Shown: positions 19,692 through 44,356, counted from the first letter of the stretch. The stretch is DNA of 64,000 bases from Nitrosopumilus sp. (GCA_965214775.1 OZ243974.1:32001-96000); one strand, 5' to 3'. Numbers and translations are program-made. The notes: a model not told the origin generated them from the letters alone.

Positions 19692-21032
19692 ATGAACGGC
19701 AGGAAAAAATTCTTAATTGTGGGAAGCGGCGGCCGCGAAAGTGCGTTTGCGACCAGGCTTGCAGAAGACACGGTACTTTATGCCGTAACAGGACATGAAA
19801 ACAAGACCATAGTTGATTGCGTAAACAGCACGGGCGGAAGATACATGATTGGAAACACAAGCAGTCCCGAACTTATTGCAGACTTTGCAAAGAGACACCA
19901 GATCGACTATGCCTTTGTAAGTGCCGACGAGCCACTGGCCAACGGAGTCATCGACATGCTGCTAGAAAACGACATCAAGGCAATCGGCGGCACAAAAGAG
20001 GCCGCGCGCATCGAGTGGGACAAGGTATACTCGATTAAGATGATGAAAAGGCTGTGCCCCGAGTTTACGCCGTTTTTTATGGTTGTCAAGAATCCAGAGA
20101 TGATAAGTGACGCAATACGCGAGTTTGAATCACGGAACTTGCAAATAGTCGTAAAGCCGCAGGGGCTGACAGGCGGAAAGGGTGTAAAGGTGATGCCCGA
20201 GCATCTAAAGTCATACCGGGACTGTCATGATTATTCCATGAGGCTCTTTGAGAAGAATCCCGATGAAAGCATCCTTCTAGTTGAAAGGCTGAAAGGAATA
20301 GAATTTACAATAATGGGAATCACCGACGGCAAAAACCTGGTACTGGCTCCTGCAAGCTACGACTATCCGTTCAGGTACGAGGACGACGTCGGTGCAGGGA
20401 CAGGCGGAATGGGATGTTTTACCAACTCAGAGGAGAGGCTTCCGTTTATGAGCAGGCAGGATCTGAGCGACTGCAAGTCGGTCATGCAGAGGATCATCGA
20501 CGAGATGCGCTGCAATGGACTCTTTTTTAACGGGGTGCTAAACGGGGGGTTTTTCAAGACAAGGGACGGCATCAGGTTCATGGAGTTTAACGGGCGTTTT
20601 GGTGATCCGGAAGGTCTCAACGTACTCAGCGTTTTGCAGGGATCGTTCTCTGAGCTTCTCATACACATCTGGAACAGGACGCTATCAGAGGACGCCGTAA
20701 GATTTGTCCGAAAGGCCAGCGTGACAAAATACCTGGTTGCAAAAGAGTATCCCGACAAAAGCAGGGAGCCAAGTGTCTTTTGCATAGAGGAAGACAGGGT
20801 TGCAGAGATGGGCATAAGGATCTATTTTGCCTCCTGCATCCAGACAGGCAAAAACCAGTATCAGACACTGAGAAGATCAAGGGTCGTTGCATTTGGCATG
20901 GTTTCAGACAAGATAAGCGATGCCTGTAATGCAATAAACCGCGCAATTGACGACTTTGTTTCCGGCCCGCTGGAATACAGGCGCGACATCGGCTCGTTAA
21001 AAAGCCTGGAGAGGCTAAAAAACGCACTCTGA
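19692..21032 (+). CDS. purD: Phosphoribosylamine-glycine ligase
   Basis: GSGGRE, GLTGGKGV, TGGMG and EFNGRFGDPE motifs; start codon uncertain (19656 or 19692). Confidence 0.9.
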   Translation: MNGRKKFLIVGSGGRESAFATRLAEDTVLYAVTGHENKTIVDCVNSTGGRYMIGNTSSPELIADFAKRHQIDYAFVSADEPLANGVIDMLLENDIKAIGGTKEAARIEWDKVYSIKMMKRLCPEFTPFFMVVKNPEMISDAIREFESRNLQIVVKPQGLTGGKGVKVMPEHLKSYRDCHDYSMRLFEKNPDESILLVERLKGIEFTIMGITDGKNLVLAPASYDYPFRYEDDVGAGTGGMGCFTNSEERLPFMSRQDLSDCKSVMQRIIDEMRCNGLFFNGVLNGGFFKTRDGIRFMEFNGRFGDPEGLNVLSVLQGSFSELLIHIWNRTLSEDAVRFVRKASVTKYLVAKEYPDKSREPSVFCIEEDRVAEMGIRIYFASCIQTGKNQYQTLRRSRVVAFGMVSDKISDACNAINRAIDDFVSGPLEYRRDIGSLKSLERLKNAL

Positions 21033-21494
21033 CTGCCGTCAAAACATCCAGAGAAAGCAAGACGTTTTTTTTTTGTTTTTCAAATCCAACATATCAGCTG
21101 ATATGCAAAGAAGGCACAAAGTTTTCCCATGGTAGGGCAGAACGGCAGGTACAGGACGTGGGGATCCGCATAGATAGGCGCATGGCATGACGCTACGGTG
21201 AAAGTGGACAACTGCGGGCGTGCCGGTGAATCGTTCATCAGAGATACAGTAGTGCGTAATTCTGTGTTTTAGTTGAGAAACGATTACTGTTATTATTGTT
21301 TTTTTTTTTTGTTAAATGGCCGGCATGTCAAAAATATGATCCGTCTTTTTTTTTTTGTTTGTTTGGCGTGCGCACTGCAAGGAAGGTCTTCGATACGTTT
21401 GAGAACAGGGATAGATCCGTAGAAAGGCTTTGATGAAAAGGATGTCGTACCTGTGAAAATATCCCGATACTTGGTGTGCCAACTGCGCCACGTG

Positions 21495-35501
<14,007 letters not shown>

Positions 35502-35815
35502 ATGCCGTCTAGCTGCGTACCGGCCCCCATACAGTAAGGAACCGGACTAGGCCGTCCTGCCTCCCCGACGGTGGGGCTCGGGTCGGCCCCCCCCCCAGTC
35601 CAATGATCGCCATATGCTTGACAGGAAAAAGGCAAGATGGACATGGTCAAGTCAGGTGGGTCTACCCACCACCCCCCCCCCCAAAAAAACAAGGATTGTT
35701 GGGGCGTCGACAGAGACACACATCATCATACCTCATGACAGCGTGTAAAACGTTCATTATGATATCATGATTAAATTGGGTGCAGTTATTAAATATGACG
35801 TAGGTGCGCAGGCAA

Positions 35816-36880
35816 TGTATTATATGAAAATTATGTCGCACCATCACCAATGTCCTCCTCCATCCATCTTGGGTTGCTTTTCCTGATCGCTTCTGTGGCC
35901 TCCCTGTCGGAGAATGCCCGCAGCGGCGTCTCGTAGTTGTCGATGTCAAGCGACCAGTGCAGCCTGTCCTCGTTATAGTAGTCGATGTATGCAGACAGAC
36001 TCTTGTGGTTCCATATCTCCTCCTCGATGCTCCTGTGGAATCTCTCCAGTTTGCCATTGGTCTGCGGGTGATACGGCCTGGAGTTTATCAGCCCGATTTC
36101 GCAGTTGAGCAGCTCCTCCTCAAAGGCAGTGGGCCTCCATCCGCCCTTGGGCGGACTCTTCTTCTTCTTCGGATCCGAGCGCGCCCCGACAAAGCACTTG
36201 CCGTTGTCTGAGAGTATGGTGGCAGGCGCGCCGAACTGGGCCACGGCCTGCCGCAGGACCGCCACGACGTTTTCCGAGGTGGCCTCCCTGAACAGGCCCG
36301 CACCAGTCACGCACCTGGACGAGTCGTCTAGGAACGTGACCAAATTGAGCCCTGCAAAGCGCGGATCCTTCATGGTATGCCAGTCCACGTGCCACATGGC
36401 ATTGGAGTATTTGCGCTCAAAACGGACGTATTTTCTGGGCATTGATTTTGCAGCCGATGGCGTCACCAGCCCGTTTTCTTTCATTATCCTGTATACCTCG
36501 TAGTAGCTTATATCGAGTTGCCTTCGCAGCCTCTTGGCCGTATGAACCACCCCTGCTGCACTGTGTTTGTACTCCTCCAGGACTGTGCGCACGTCCCCGT
36601 CGGGAACCGGGGCGCTCTTTTTCCTTCCCGGCTTGAGCGGCACGTGGTGCGTGTCGCCTGTCTTCCTGAACCGGGCATACATCCGCTGGACGTGCCTTGT
36701 CGTGACGCCTATCTCCGGGGCCACCTCCGAGGGCTTTCGTCCCCCTGCACATTGCGTCACTGCGTATCTGATCTGCTTTGCCTCGAGCCTTACAACCATC
36801 GGTTTTCTTGATCGGTAAAGCCTAAAGTAATCCTTTGCAATCCTCCTCAAATTAGTGCGACCTAATTTTCGTACAATAGA
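35816..36880 (-). mobile_element. IS481-family element with 15-bp target duplication
   Basis: Imperfect 26-bp TIRs; TAGGTGCGCAGGCAA at 35801-35815 and 36881-36895. Confidence 0.92.
35831..36799 (-). CDS. IS481-family transposase
   Basis: WHVDW, LDDSSR, LSDNG and PQTNGKLERFHRS motifs; start placed at the ATG inside the element. Confidence 0.93.
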   Translation of the reverse strand: MVVRLEAKQIRYAVTQCAGGRKPSEVAPEIGVTTRHVQRMYARFRKTGDTHHVPLKPGRKKSAPVPDGDVRTVLEEYKHSAAGVVHTAKRLRRQLDISYYEVYRIMKENGLVTPSAAKSMPRKYVRFERKYSNAMWHVDWHTMKDPRFAGLNLVTFLDDSSRCVTGAGLFREATSENVVAVLRQAVAQFGAPATILSDNGKCFVGARSDPKKKKSPPKGGWRPTAFEEELLNCEIGLINSRPYHPQTNGKLERFHRSIEEEIWNHKSLSAYIDYYNEDRLHWSLDIDNYETPLRAFSDREATEAIRKSNPRWMEEDIGDGAT

Positions 36881-37096
36881 TAGGTGCGCAGGCAAGGACA
36901 CTTCCATGTCGGGTTTCAAACACAACATTTCGATCCGAGTAACTACACAAAGTCTAGCAAAGTCTGATGATTATCCGTCCTGAGAGGTGATCCGAAATCA
37001 GAAACCAAGCGGCCCGTCCGCAGCTGTCCTACTACCTCCCTTCATTAGGACGTAACAGCAGCAGCAGCAGCAGCACCGATGCTGGCCGGCGGCCCT

Positions 37097-37270
37097 TCAT
37101 TGAGCGGCCCGGACACGATACCGCAGACAAGGTCGTACTTTGAGCTGGTTCCAAACCGGTCTCCCATGATCCTGTATATTTTGATCATGCGCATGGCGTC
37201 CTCCACGTACACTCGTATCTTTGAGTGAGTGATACTGTATCTTTTTGCGCATCGGCGAACTTGTCGCAGT
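37097..37270 (-). pseudogene. Degraded IS5-like transposase C-terminal remnant
   Basis: Frame fragments HSKIRVYVEDAMRMIKIYRIMGDRF and KYDLVCGIVSG resemble SRVRVRVEHHIGRLKRY of the 47141 transposase. Confidence 0.6.
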
Positions 37271-37568
37271 CACGTTGTGATAAGGCATAGGACATCATTC
37301 GTAACTGCAGAATGGTTCTGACAAATGGATGAAGAATGGTGCTGAGGGAGATCCTCACATAGATAAATGTCCGACCTTCATTTTTGGATTGTCAGGAAGA
37401 GACCCCCAGCCAATGCTATGCCTCACAACACCGTTGCGCGTGGAATTCTTATAAACACGACACATAGATAAGCTCAGGTTCTGGAAGTTCAGGCAGAAAT
37501 TTTGCCATCAAAAAGGACTGTTCAAACAGAATTTGTGCATAAAATCAGAAACAGCTTCCAGGGCCCGA

Positions 37569-37641
37569 TCAGTTACATTTTTTATCAAAATAGGCACGAT
37601 GTGTCAAAATTACGGTCCGTTTTTTTTTGATGTGCGCACTA
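37569..37641. mobile_element. MITE family A copy, left end decayed
   Basis: AAAATAGGCACGATGTGTCAAAAT...TGATGTGCGCACTA. Confidence 0.7.
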
Positions 37642-37919
37642 CAGATCAAAGTCACGTCCCTTTGCCGAACAGGCATGAAAACACAACTGCAAACAAACGT
37701 GCGTCCCTGATTGTTGCCTAGGCATGGGCCATCCTGTTGCTCTGTTATGTGTGGAATTGGCGCAATTGCGGCCCCAAGTTTACGATGTGTGAGTCGGCGG
37801 CCTTTGATGATGATGATGCTATGCAGGCATCACACTTGATCAACGTGATTGTGGCAGGTCAAACCGGCGGTTTGCCAAAGCATGGACAGTCACACATACA
37901 TGCACATGCACATACATGC

Positions 37920-39190
37920 TGGAGTGGACCCCTGTAAATAGGAACGATTTTGGCAACATTTTATGCACACATTGATCGCTCATTTTTGCGGCACCTCCTC
38001 CTGTCTTTTCTGGGTTTTTCGGACAAACTCGTCTGGTGTCAGGTATCCCAGCGCCGAGTGGATCCTGTCCTGGTTGTAGTCCGCAAACGCCTTTGCCAGA
38101 ACAACCTCGGCATCCTGGAATCTGGCAAAGTCATGCGGCCAGACGTACTCCTTTTTTAGGGTCTTGTGGAAGGACTCGACATGTCCGTTCTGCTCGGGCG
38201 TGTTGTGCCAGATATACTCACACCTTACCCCAAGCGCCTTCATGCTCTCCTTGAATTCGCGGCTCGTATACTGGACGCCGTTGTCGCTTCTGACCAGCAG
38301 GCCGCGCGCCTCGTCTGCCGAAATCGTGGAGACTGCCCTTGTCAACGATTCGACTGCTACCTGTGCGGTGGCCTGCGTGTCAAAGACGTATGTTATCCAC
38401 TTCCTGGTGAACGTATCAATTACGTTAAAGCAGTAGCACCACCCGTCAACGCCGCACCAGACGTACGTGATGTCAGTCTCCCACAGCTGGTTTGATCCTG
38501 TGGGCTTGAACCTGTCCCTTTTTCCGGCTCGTATTATGTCGTTTTTGGTCTTTTTAGGCGTGATCCAGCCTATCTTGCGGTATATCTGCTGTATCTTCTT
38601 GCGGTTTGTCGGCACGCCGGTCTGGCGTCTTATCTGGGCTGCCATGCGGCGCGTGCCGTATGTGGGCCTTTTGTTGCCGATCTCCCTGACAAGCGAGACC
38701 GTCTGCGGATCCGGTTCTGTCAGCTTTTGTGGCTTTTTTACGTGGTACCACACAGTTCTAGAGGCACCGCTGTACTGCAGTGTCTTGTTCATGCTCCAGC
38801 CCCTCTCCCTTAGCAGTATTGCAATGTTCACCTTTTGCCTGCCTCCAAGGTTTTTTTTAAAAGCGCGTTGGCCACGGCATACTCGCCGATGATGTTTTTG
38901 AGCGACTCGTTCTCCTTTTGGAGCTTGTCTTCGGCCGTTGCAGGGCCCCTGCCTGACAGCGATGCGCGTCCTGCCTGCAAAAAGCGTTTCCTCCACTGGT
39001 AAAACGTCCTGGGGGAGAGATTGTGGCGACGGCACAGCTCTGCCGTCTCGATGTTGGTATTGAGATGCTCCATGACTATCCCTATCTTGTCCTGTACACT
39101 CCATATTTTCTTACTCATATTTGTGATTCGACCTCCTGACTCAAAAAGTGTGCGAAAAAAAGTGTTCCTATTCTAGCGGGGTCCTCACCA
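37920..39190 (-). mobile_element. IS3-family element
   Basis: TG...CA termini with imperfect TIRs (TGGAGTGGACCCC / TGGTGAGGACCCC); overlapping orfA and orfB. Confidence 0.9.
37980..39118 (-). CDS. IS3-family transposase OrfA/OrfB joined by programmed -1 frameshift
   Basis: OrfA HTH at 38828-39118; slippery TTTAAAAAAAAC near 38850-38861; OrfB motifs WETDITY, SDNGVQY and NGHVESFHKTLKKE. Confidence 0.92.
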
Positions 39191-39238
39191 ACATACATGC
39201 ACATGCACATACAGCTTTCAGTTGTTGTTTGCGCACTG

Positions 39239-39580
39239 CTATCTAACAGGGCTTCCCAGAGGAATGTCCCCAGATACCGTCAGCCAAAACGGCTTGTCAT
39301 CGACGTCTGCGGCCAGCAGCATTGCGTCTGATTCCACGCCTGCCATTTTCTTGGGCTCCAGATTCGCAACAACGATCACGGTCTTTCCGACAATGTCTTC
39401 TGGCCGATAGTATTGCGCACCGCCAATAATGACATCGCGCTGATCGTCCTGACCCAGATCAACCCTGCCCTTGATTATTCTAGACTTGCCTTCAATTGAC
39501 TCTGTTGCAGTAATTTTTGCAACGCGAAGATCCAATTTTGCAAAGTCGTCATAAGATACCGTTGTTGTACTCCTTGTCAT
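39239..39580 (-). CDS. tRNA-binding domain protein (CsaA/Trbp111-like)
   Basis: DFAKLDLRVAKI and VANLEPKKMAGVESDAMLLA motifs. Confidence 0.92.
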   Translation of the reverse strand: MTRSTTTVSYDDFAKLDLRVAKITATESIEGKSRIIKGRVDLGQDDQRDVIIGGAQYYRPEDIVGKTVIVVANLEPKKMAGVESDAMLLAADVDDKPFWLTVSGDIPLGSPVR

Positions 39581-40000
39581 ACCACTAACCCCCAGACTTG
39601 CAGCTTAAAATGGATTTCGAATTATCAAGGATCTTTTTTGCCAATGCCACTGGTTCCAATCCGGTATTTCAGAAAGACGGGAGTCTCAACATATTTTTTG
39701 TTTGCAAGAGTGATTGTTTGATCATCAGGAATATTGGTTTTCATGGCAGCCTTCCATGCCGGTGCACACGGACGTTTTTCCAAAAAAAAGCCTGCGCCAT
39801 CAAGTGTCCAAATTTTTGGCATCATGCATTTTTAGGGCTTTTATTTTTTTTCTTTCAAAGTGTAATTGACTGTGACGGAAGAATGGCAAATGCCATTAGA
39901 ACTGGAGTTACTGTTCTGGATTTTAGGCATGTTGCCCATCACAGTCAAATAGAGACAATCGGAATCCAATATATGTAGTACGGATCCACAGTAGTATGTT

Positions 40001-40420
40001 ATGGCCACCATCGAGGCAGAAGTCAAGATCAACGCCCCGGCAGACAGGGTCTGGGATATAGTGGCAGATCTTGACAATGAACCAAGATTTTGGAAGGGGA
40101 CTAAAAAAGTCCGCAACATCTCAAAGGAAGGAAACAAGATCAACAGGGAGATCACCATTGCATTCAGGGATCAAAAGTGCCTTCAGGAAGTCATAATAAC
40201 GCCCAAAGAGAAGATCGAGGCAAGATTCACAAAGGGAATCATCAACGGGGAGAAAATTTTGACAGTAATCCCAAATGATGAGACCAGCACAGTATTAAAA
40301 ACACGCTGGGACATCAAGATGACAGGAATGATGGGAATGTTTACTGGAATGATAAAAAAACACATCAAAAACGGCACCGAGCAAGCAATGCATGCCATAA
40401 AAACCGAAGTCGAGGGTTAG
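40001..40420 (+). CDS. SRPBCC/START (polyketide cyclase-like) protein
   Basis: INAPADRVWDIVADLDNEPRFW motif. Confidence 0.88.
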   Translation: MATIEAEVKINAPADRVWDIVADLDNEPRFWKGTKKVRNISKEGNKINREITIAFRDQKCLQEVIITPKEKIEARFTKGIINGEKILTVIPNDETSTVLKTRWDIKMTGMMGMFTGMIKKHIKNGTEQAMHAIKTEVEG

Positions 40421-40421
40421 A

Positions 40422-41726
40422 TTGACAGAAACTACCATCCTCACGATTACGATTACCGCCATTGCAGATGCTTTTAACTATTCGTTGGCAGCTGTTCTCA
40501 TAGGAGTCTCAGGAGCTTGGGTCTTTCTAATAAAGTCCATGATAGACACGTTCCGACTGACCCCGTTTTTGGACGGATTTGAGGAGACAAAGCCGGCAAG
40601 GCATCCAAGTGTCTCAGTCATCCTGCCTGCAAGAAACGAAGAAGAGTTCCTGGGCAGATGCCTTGACTCCTTGGAAAACCAGGACTATAACAACTATGAA
40701 ATCATAGTCGTTGACGACTCCTCAGAGGACAGGACATGGGACATCATTCAGGAGCATGCAGAAAAACCATCCGGGAAAAAGATAGTTCCAGTCTCAGCAA
40801 AGGCAAAGCCGGACGGATGGACGGGGAAGAACTGGGCATGCATGCAGGGGTACGGGCATGCAACCGGAGAACTGCTGCTGTTCACCGATGCAGACACGGC
40901 CCATGCAAAAAACGTCATAACGCTGGCAGTGGAGCATCTAAACTCGTTTGAATTAGACGCCTTATCAGTTGTTCCAAAAATGCTGACGTTTGATTTTTGG
41001 ACACGGGTCACACTGCCGATGATTTCAACGTTCCTGCACACCAGGTTTTCCCCCCTAAACGTCAACGACCCAAAAAAGAAGACGGGCTATTTCTTTGGAA
41101 GCTTCTTTATTTTAAAAAGGGACACATACAGAGACGTAGGAATGCACGAGGGAGTCAGGCACGAAATCATCGAAGACGGGGCCTTGGGAAGAAAAGTCAA
41201 GGAGTCAGGACACAGGATGAGGATGGTCCGGGGAGAGCACCTAGTCCAGGCAGTCTGGGCCAGAGACAGGGCCACCCTTTGGAACGCCCTGAAAAGATTG
41301 ATGATTCCGCTGTATCTGCAAAGCGGGAACGTCGCAGTCGGGGTTTTTATTGCAGTCGTATTCCTGCTGTTTGTTCCGTTTCCAACCTTGCTAGTAGCCA
41401 CATCTGCATTTCTTGTAGGTGATCCTGTTGTTGTTGCTGCTGCTGCTGATAATGGTGCCATGTCATGGATGATTCTGTGCGTGACGGCGGCAGCCGCATC
41501 GATCTTGATCTACGCCGGAGCGGCCATCGATGCCAGGATGGGATTGGGATTGGGGCTTGCTCATGCTGCCTTTGCGCCATTAGGCGGACTGGTCGTAGTG
41601 ATGGGATTCCTAAGCGGGCTGCTCCAGGCCAAAGGCAGATCTTCAGTTGTTACTTGGAGAGGAAGAAATTACTCTATGAAAGATGATCATCATCGTATGC
41701 AGGGTTTTCTGGGTGGCGGCGTATAG
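40422..41726 (+). CDS. Membrane glycosyltransferase family 2 (HpnB/CrtQ-like)
   Basis: PARNEE, VDDSSED, GWTGKNWAC, FTDAD, IIEDGAL and WRGR motifs. Confidence 0.9.
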   Translation: MTETTILTITITAIADAFNYSLAAVLIGVSGAWVFLIKSMIDTFRLTPFLDGFEETKPARHPSVSVILPARNEEEFLGRCLDSLENQDYNNYEIIVVDDSSEDRTWDIIQEHAEKPSGKKIVPVSAKAKPDGWTGKNWACMQGYGHATGELLLFTDADTAHAKNVITLAVEHLNSFELDALSVVPKMLTFDFWTRVTLPMISTFLHTRFSPLNVNDPKKKTGYFFGSFFILKRDTYRDVGMHEGVRHEIIEDGALGRKVKESGHRMRMVRGEHLVQAVWARDRATLWNALKRLMIPLYLQSGNVAVGVFIAVVFLLFVPFPTLLVATSAFLVGDPVVVAAAADNGAMSWMILCVTAAAASILIYAGAAIDARMGLGLGLAHAAFAPLGGLVVVMGFLSGLLQAKGRSSVVTWRGRNYSMKDDHHRMQGFLGGGV

Positions 41727-41764
41727 CAATCCTTTTAGATAGAAAATGAAAAAGATAGATCCTC

Positions 41765-43069
41765 TTGGATAAATCAGGAATTGTCATCGGGGCTGCAATC
41801 GGGGCAGGTATTGCGGCTGTGATTTTTGCAGTACTGTTTGTGGTTCCTCCTCCTGCTCCTGCTCTTATTCCCCCTCCTCCTGCTCCTGCTACTGCTATTC
41901 CTTCCTCTTCTTCTTCCATTCCTTCTTCTTCTTCTATTCCTCCCATTCCTTCTTCTTCCATTCCTTCTTCTTCTTCTTCTTCTCTTCCCACCGAATCAAC
42001 CAAGCCAGACATTGTTGCTGCAAGTAACGACAGGGGGCAGCATTTGCCAGGCACCGTTGTTGACGAGACGGCACCGCTCCTTTACATGACAAAGCTTTCA
42101 CTGACAGACATCTTTGAGAAATCCGAGCCAGGGGTGGTCAGGGTAAATGTTCAGAGATCAGAGTCCGTCGAGGCCATCATGGGAGGGGTCGGCTCGGGAT
42201 TTGTTTTTGACAAGAACGGCCACATCATAACAAACGAGCACGTAGTCAGCAATGCCAGGAAAGTCGTGATTACGTTTTTGGACGGAAGATCCTACAATGC
42301 AGAAATTGTCGGGTCGGACAAATTTACAGACATTGCAGTAGTCAGGGTGAATGCAGACATGGCATTGCTCAATCCGCTGTCGCTTGGAAATTCCTCAAAT
42401 CTCAAGGTAGGCGAGCAGATTGCAGCCATAGGAAATCCGTTTGGATTGTCAGGCTCCATGACTTCGGGAATCGTCAGCCAGTTAGGAAGGCTGCTTCCGT
42501 CAGGAGAGGGGTATTCCATTCCAGACATCATTCAGACAGATGCGGCAATCAATCCGGGAAACTCCGGGGGGCCCCTGTTGAACATGCGCGGAGAGATCAT
42601 CGGGATCAACACTGCGATTCAATCTGCAACAGGAGAATTTACCGGGATAGGGTTTGCAGTTCCATCGCAGACGGTCGCAAAAATTGTTCCAACGCTCATT
42701 GAGGAGGGAAGATACATGCACCCATGGATCGGCATATCCGGCAGAGACATTGATCCGGACATGGCAAAGGCGCTAGGACTGAAGGATGCCGTGGGATTTC
42801 TGGTAGTCACGGTCGTAGAGGACAGTCCGGCAGCCGAGGCAGGACTGGCAGGTTCTGAGAAGACAGTTGATGTCGAGGGGACGACATATCCGATTGGTGG
42901 GGATGTGATTTTGGCAGTTGACGGAATCGAAGTCAGGAAGATCGATGACATTTTGATTCACCTTCAAAGAGCAAAGTCAGTAGGGGATGAAATGGTATTG
43001 GACGTATTAAGAGACGGTAGGACGACCAGTGTCACAATAGTCCTTCAGGAGAGGCCAAACGGCAGCTAG
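41765..43069 (+). CDS. HtrA/DegP-like serine protease with PDZ domain
   Basis: GSGF, TNEHVV, TDIAV and INPGNSGGPL motifs; N-terminal TM and Pro/Ser linker. Confidence 0.95.
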   Translation: MDKSGIVIGAAIGAGIAAVIFAVLFVVPPPAPALIPPPPAPATAIPSSSSSIPSSSSIPPIPSSSIPSSSSSSLPTESTKPDIVAASNDRGQHLPGTVVDETAPLLYMTKLSLTDIFEKSEPGVVRVNVQRSESVEAIMGGVGSGFVFDKNGHIITNEHVVSNARKVVITFLDGRSYNAEIVGSDKFTDIAVVRVNADMALLNPLSLGNSSNLKVGEQIAAIGNPFGLSGSMTSGIVSQLGRLLPSGEGYSIPDIIQTDAAINPGNSGGPLLNMRGEIIGINTAIQSATGEFTGIGFAVPSQTVAKIVPTLIEEGRYMHPWIGISGRDIDPDMAKALGLKDAVGFLVVTVVEDSPAAEAGLAGSEKTVDVEGTTYPIGGDVILAVDGIEVRKIDDILIHLQRAKSVGDEMVLDVLRDGRTTSVTIVLQERPNGS

Positions 43070-43090
43070 TTGGCAGCGTGGTGGCAGCGG

Positions 43091-43141
43091 TAACAACAGC
43101 AACAACAGCAACAACAGCAACAACAGCAACAACAACAGCAG
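43091..43141. repeat. Intergenic (AAC/AGC)n simple repeat
   Basis: aacaacagc units seen directly. Confidence 0.85.
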
Positions 43142-43183
43142 TCCAGCACAAGCATAAATAGTCGTATTCAAGAATCCTTTCTG

Positions 43184-44356
43184 TTGGCCAAGCTTGTCTT
43201 AAACTCCGAGATACTAATCAAGGTTTTAGAGGACAGGGAAATTTCAAGGGAAGGCATTTTGGAGGTTTATCGAAAATCCCAAAACGACCAGAGCGAACTT
43301 TTTGCAGCTGCGCAAGAACTGCGAAAAAAACACAAGAGAAACACGGTTACTTTTTCAAAAAAGGCGTTTTTTAACATGGCCAACCTCTGCAGAGACACGT
43401 GCTCTTATTGCACGTACAAGGCAGAGCCAAAAGAAGAAGAAAAGCTGTCACTGATGTCAAAACAGCAGATCAAGGACGTCCTGAGACTGGCAAAAAGGTA
43501 CAGGTGCGTCGAGGCGTTGTTTGTTACAGGAGAAAGGCCAGAGCAGAGATACCAGGAGGCAAGAGACTGGCTTGAAGAAAACGGGTTCGAGTCGACTGCC
43601 CAATACCTTGCCTATGCATCAGAGGCGGCCTTGGAGGCAGGGCTATTCCCGCATACAAACGCAGGAAACTTGGAGATTGAGGAGCTAAGGGAGCTAAGAA
43701 AGACCAATGTGTCCACGGGAATAATGCTTGAGAACATCAGCGACAGACTTGCAGAAGAAGGAATGCCGCACCATCAGGCTGCAAGCAAAAGGCCAAAAGC
43801 AAGGCTAGAGGCACTGGAGAACTCGGGAAGGCTGGGAATTCCAACGACTACTGGAATCCTAGTCGGAATCGGGGAAACCATCGAGGAGATCACGGATTCG
43901 CTTTTAGCAATCAAGGAACTGCACAAGAAATTTGGAAACATTCAAGAAGTGATAATCCAAAACTTTCAGCCAAAGCAAGACACGGATATGAGATACAGCC
44001 CTTCAGCAGACCAGACATACTTTAAAACAATTGTCGCGCTATCAAGAGTCATCATGCCAGAAATGAACATACAGGTTCCGCCAAACCTGTCCCCGGATTC
44101 GTATCAGGACTTTTTGCAGCTGGGAATCAACGACTGGGGGGGAATTTCGCCGCTGACGCCGGATTTTGTAAACCCGGAATTTTCCTGGCCAAAAATAAGC
44201 AGGGTTGACAGGCATACAAGGGATGCGGGATTTGAGTTGGGATGCAGGTTCCCCGTATACCCGGAATTCTTTCCGTCTGTAAGCAAGGAGCTAAGAGACA
44301 GGATGAGGGCCATCGAAGACGAGAACGGGCTGGTAAGAGAGGAATACTGGAGATGA
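43184..44356 (+). CDS. cofG: FO synthase subunit CofG
   Basis: CRDTCSYC radical SAM motif; PHTNAG, QNFQPK and INDWGGISP. Confidence 0.95.
   Translation: MAKLVLNSEILIKVLEDREISREGILEVYRKSQNDQSELFAAAQELRKKHKRNTVTFSKKAFFNMANLCRDTCSYCTYKAEPKEEEKLSLMSKQQIKDVLRLAKRYRCVEALFVTGERPEQRYQEARDWLEENGFESTAQYLAYASEAALEAGLFPHTNAGNLEIEELRELRKTNVSTGIMLENISDRLAEEGMPHHQAASKRPKARLEALENSGRLGIPTTTGILVGIGETIEEITDSLLAIKELHKKFGNIQEVIIQNFQPKQDTDMRYSPSADQTYFKTIVALSRVIMPEMNIQVPPNLSPDSYQDFLQLGINDWGGISPLTPDFVNPEFSWPKISRVDRHTRDAGFELGCRFPVYPEFFPSVSKELRDRMRAIEDENGLVREEYWR

Noticed and set aside
36800-36928. N-terminal extension of the IS481 transposase in the ORF track
   Set aside because: It extends beyond the element's TIR and TSD; the ATG at 36799 is more plausible. 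Similar over-extensions were trimmed for amt, cofH, the USP at 49122 and PAC2.
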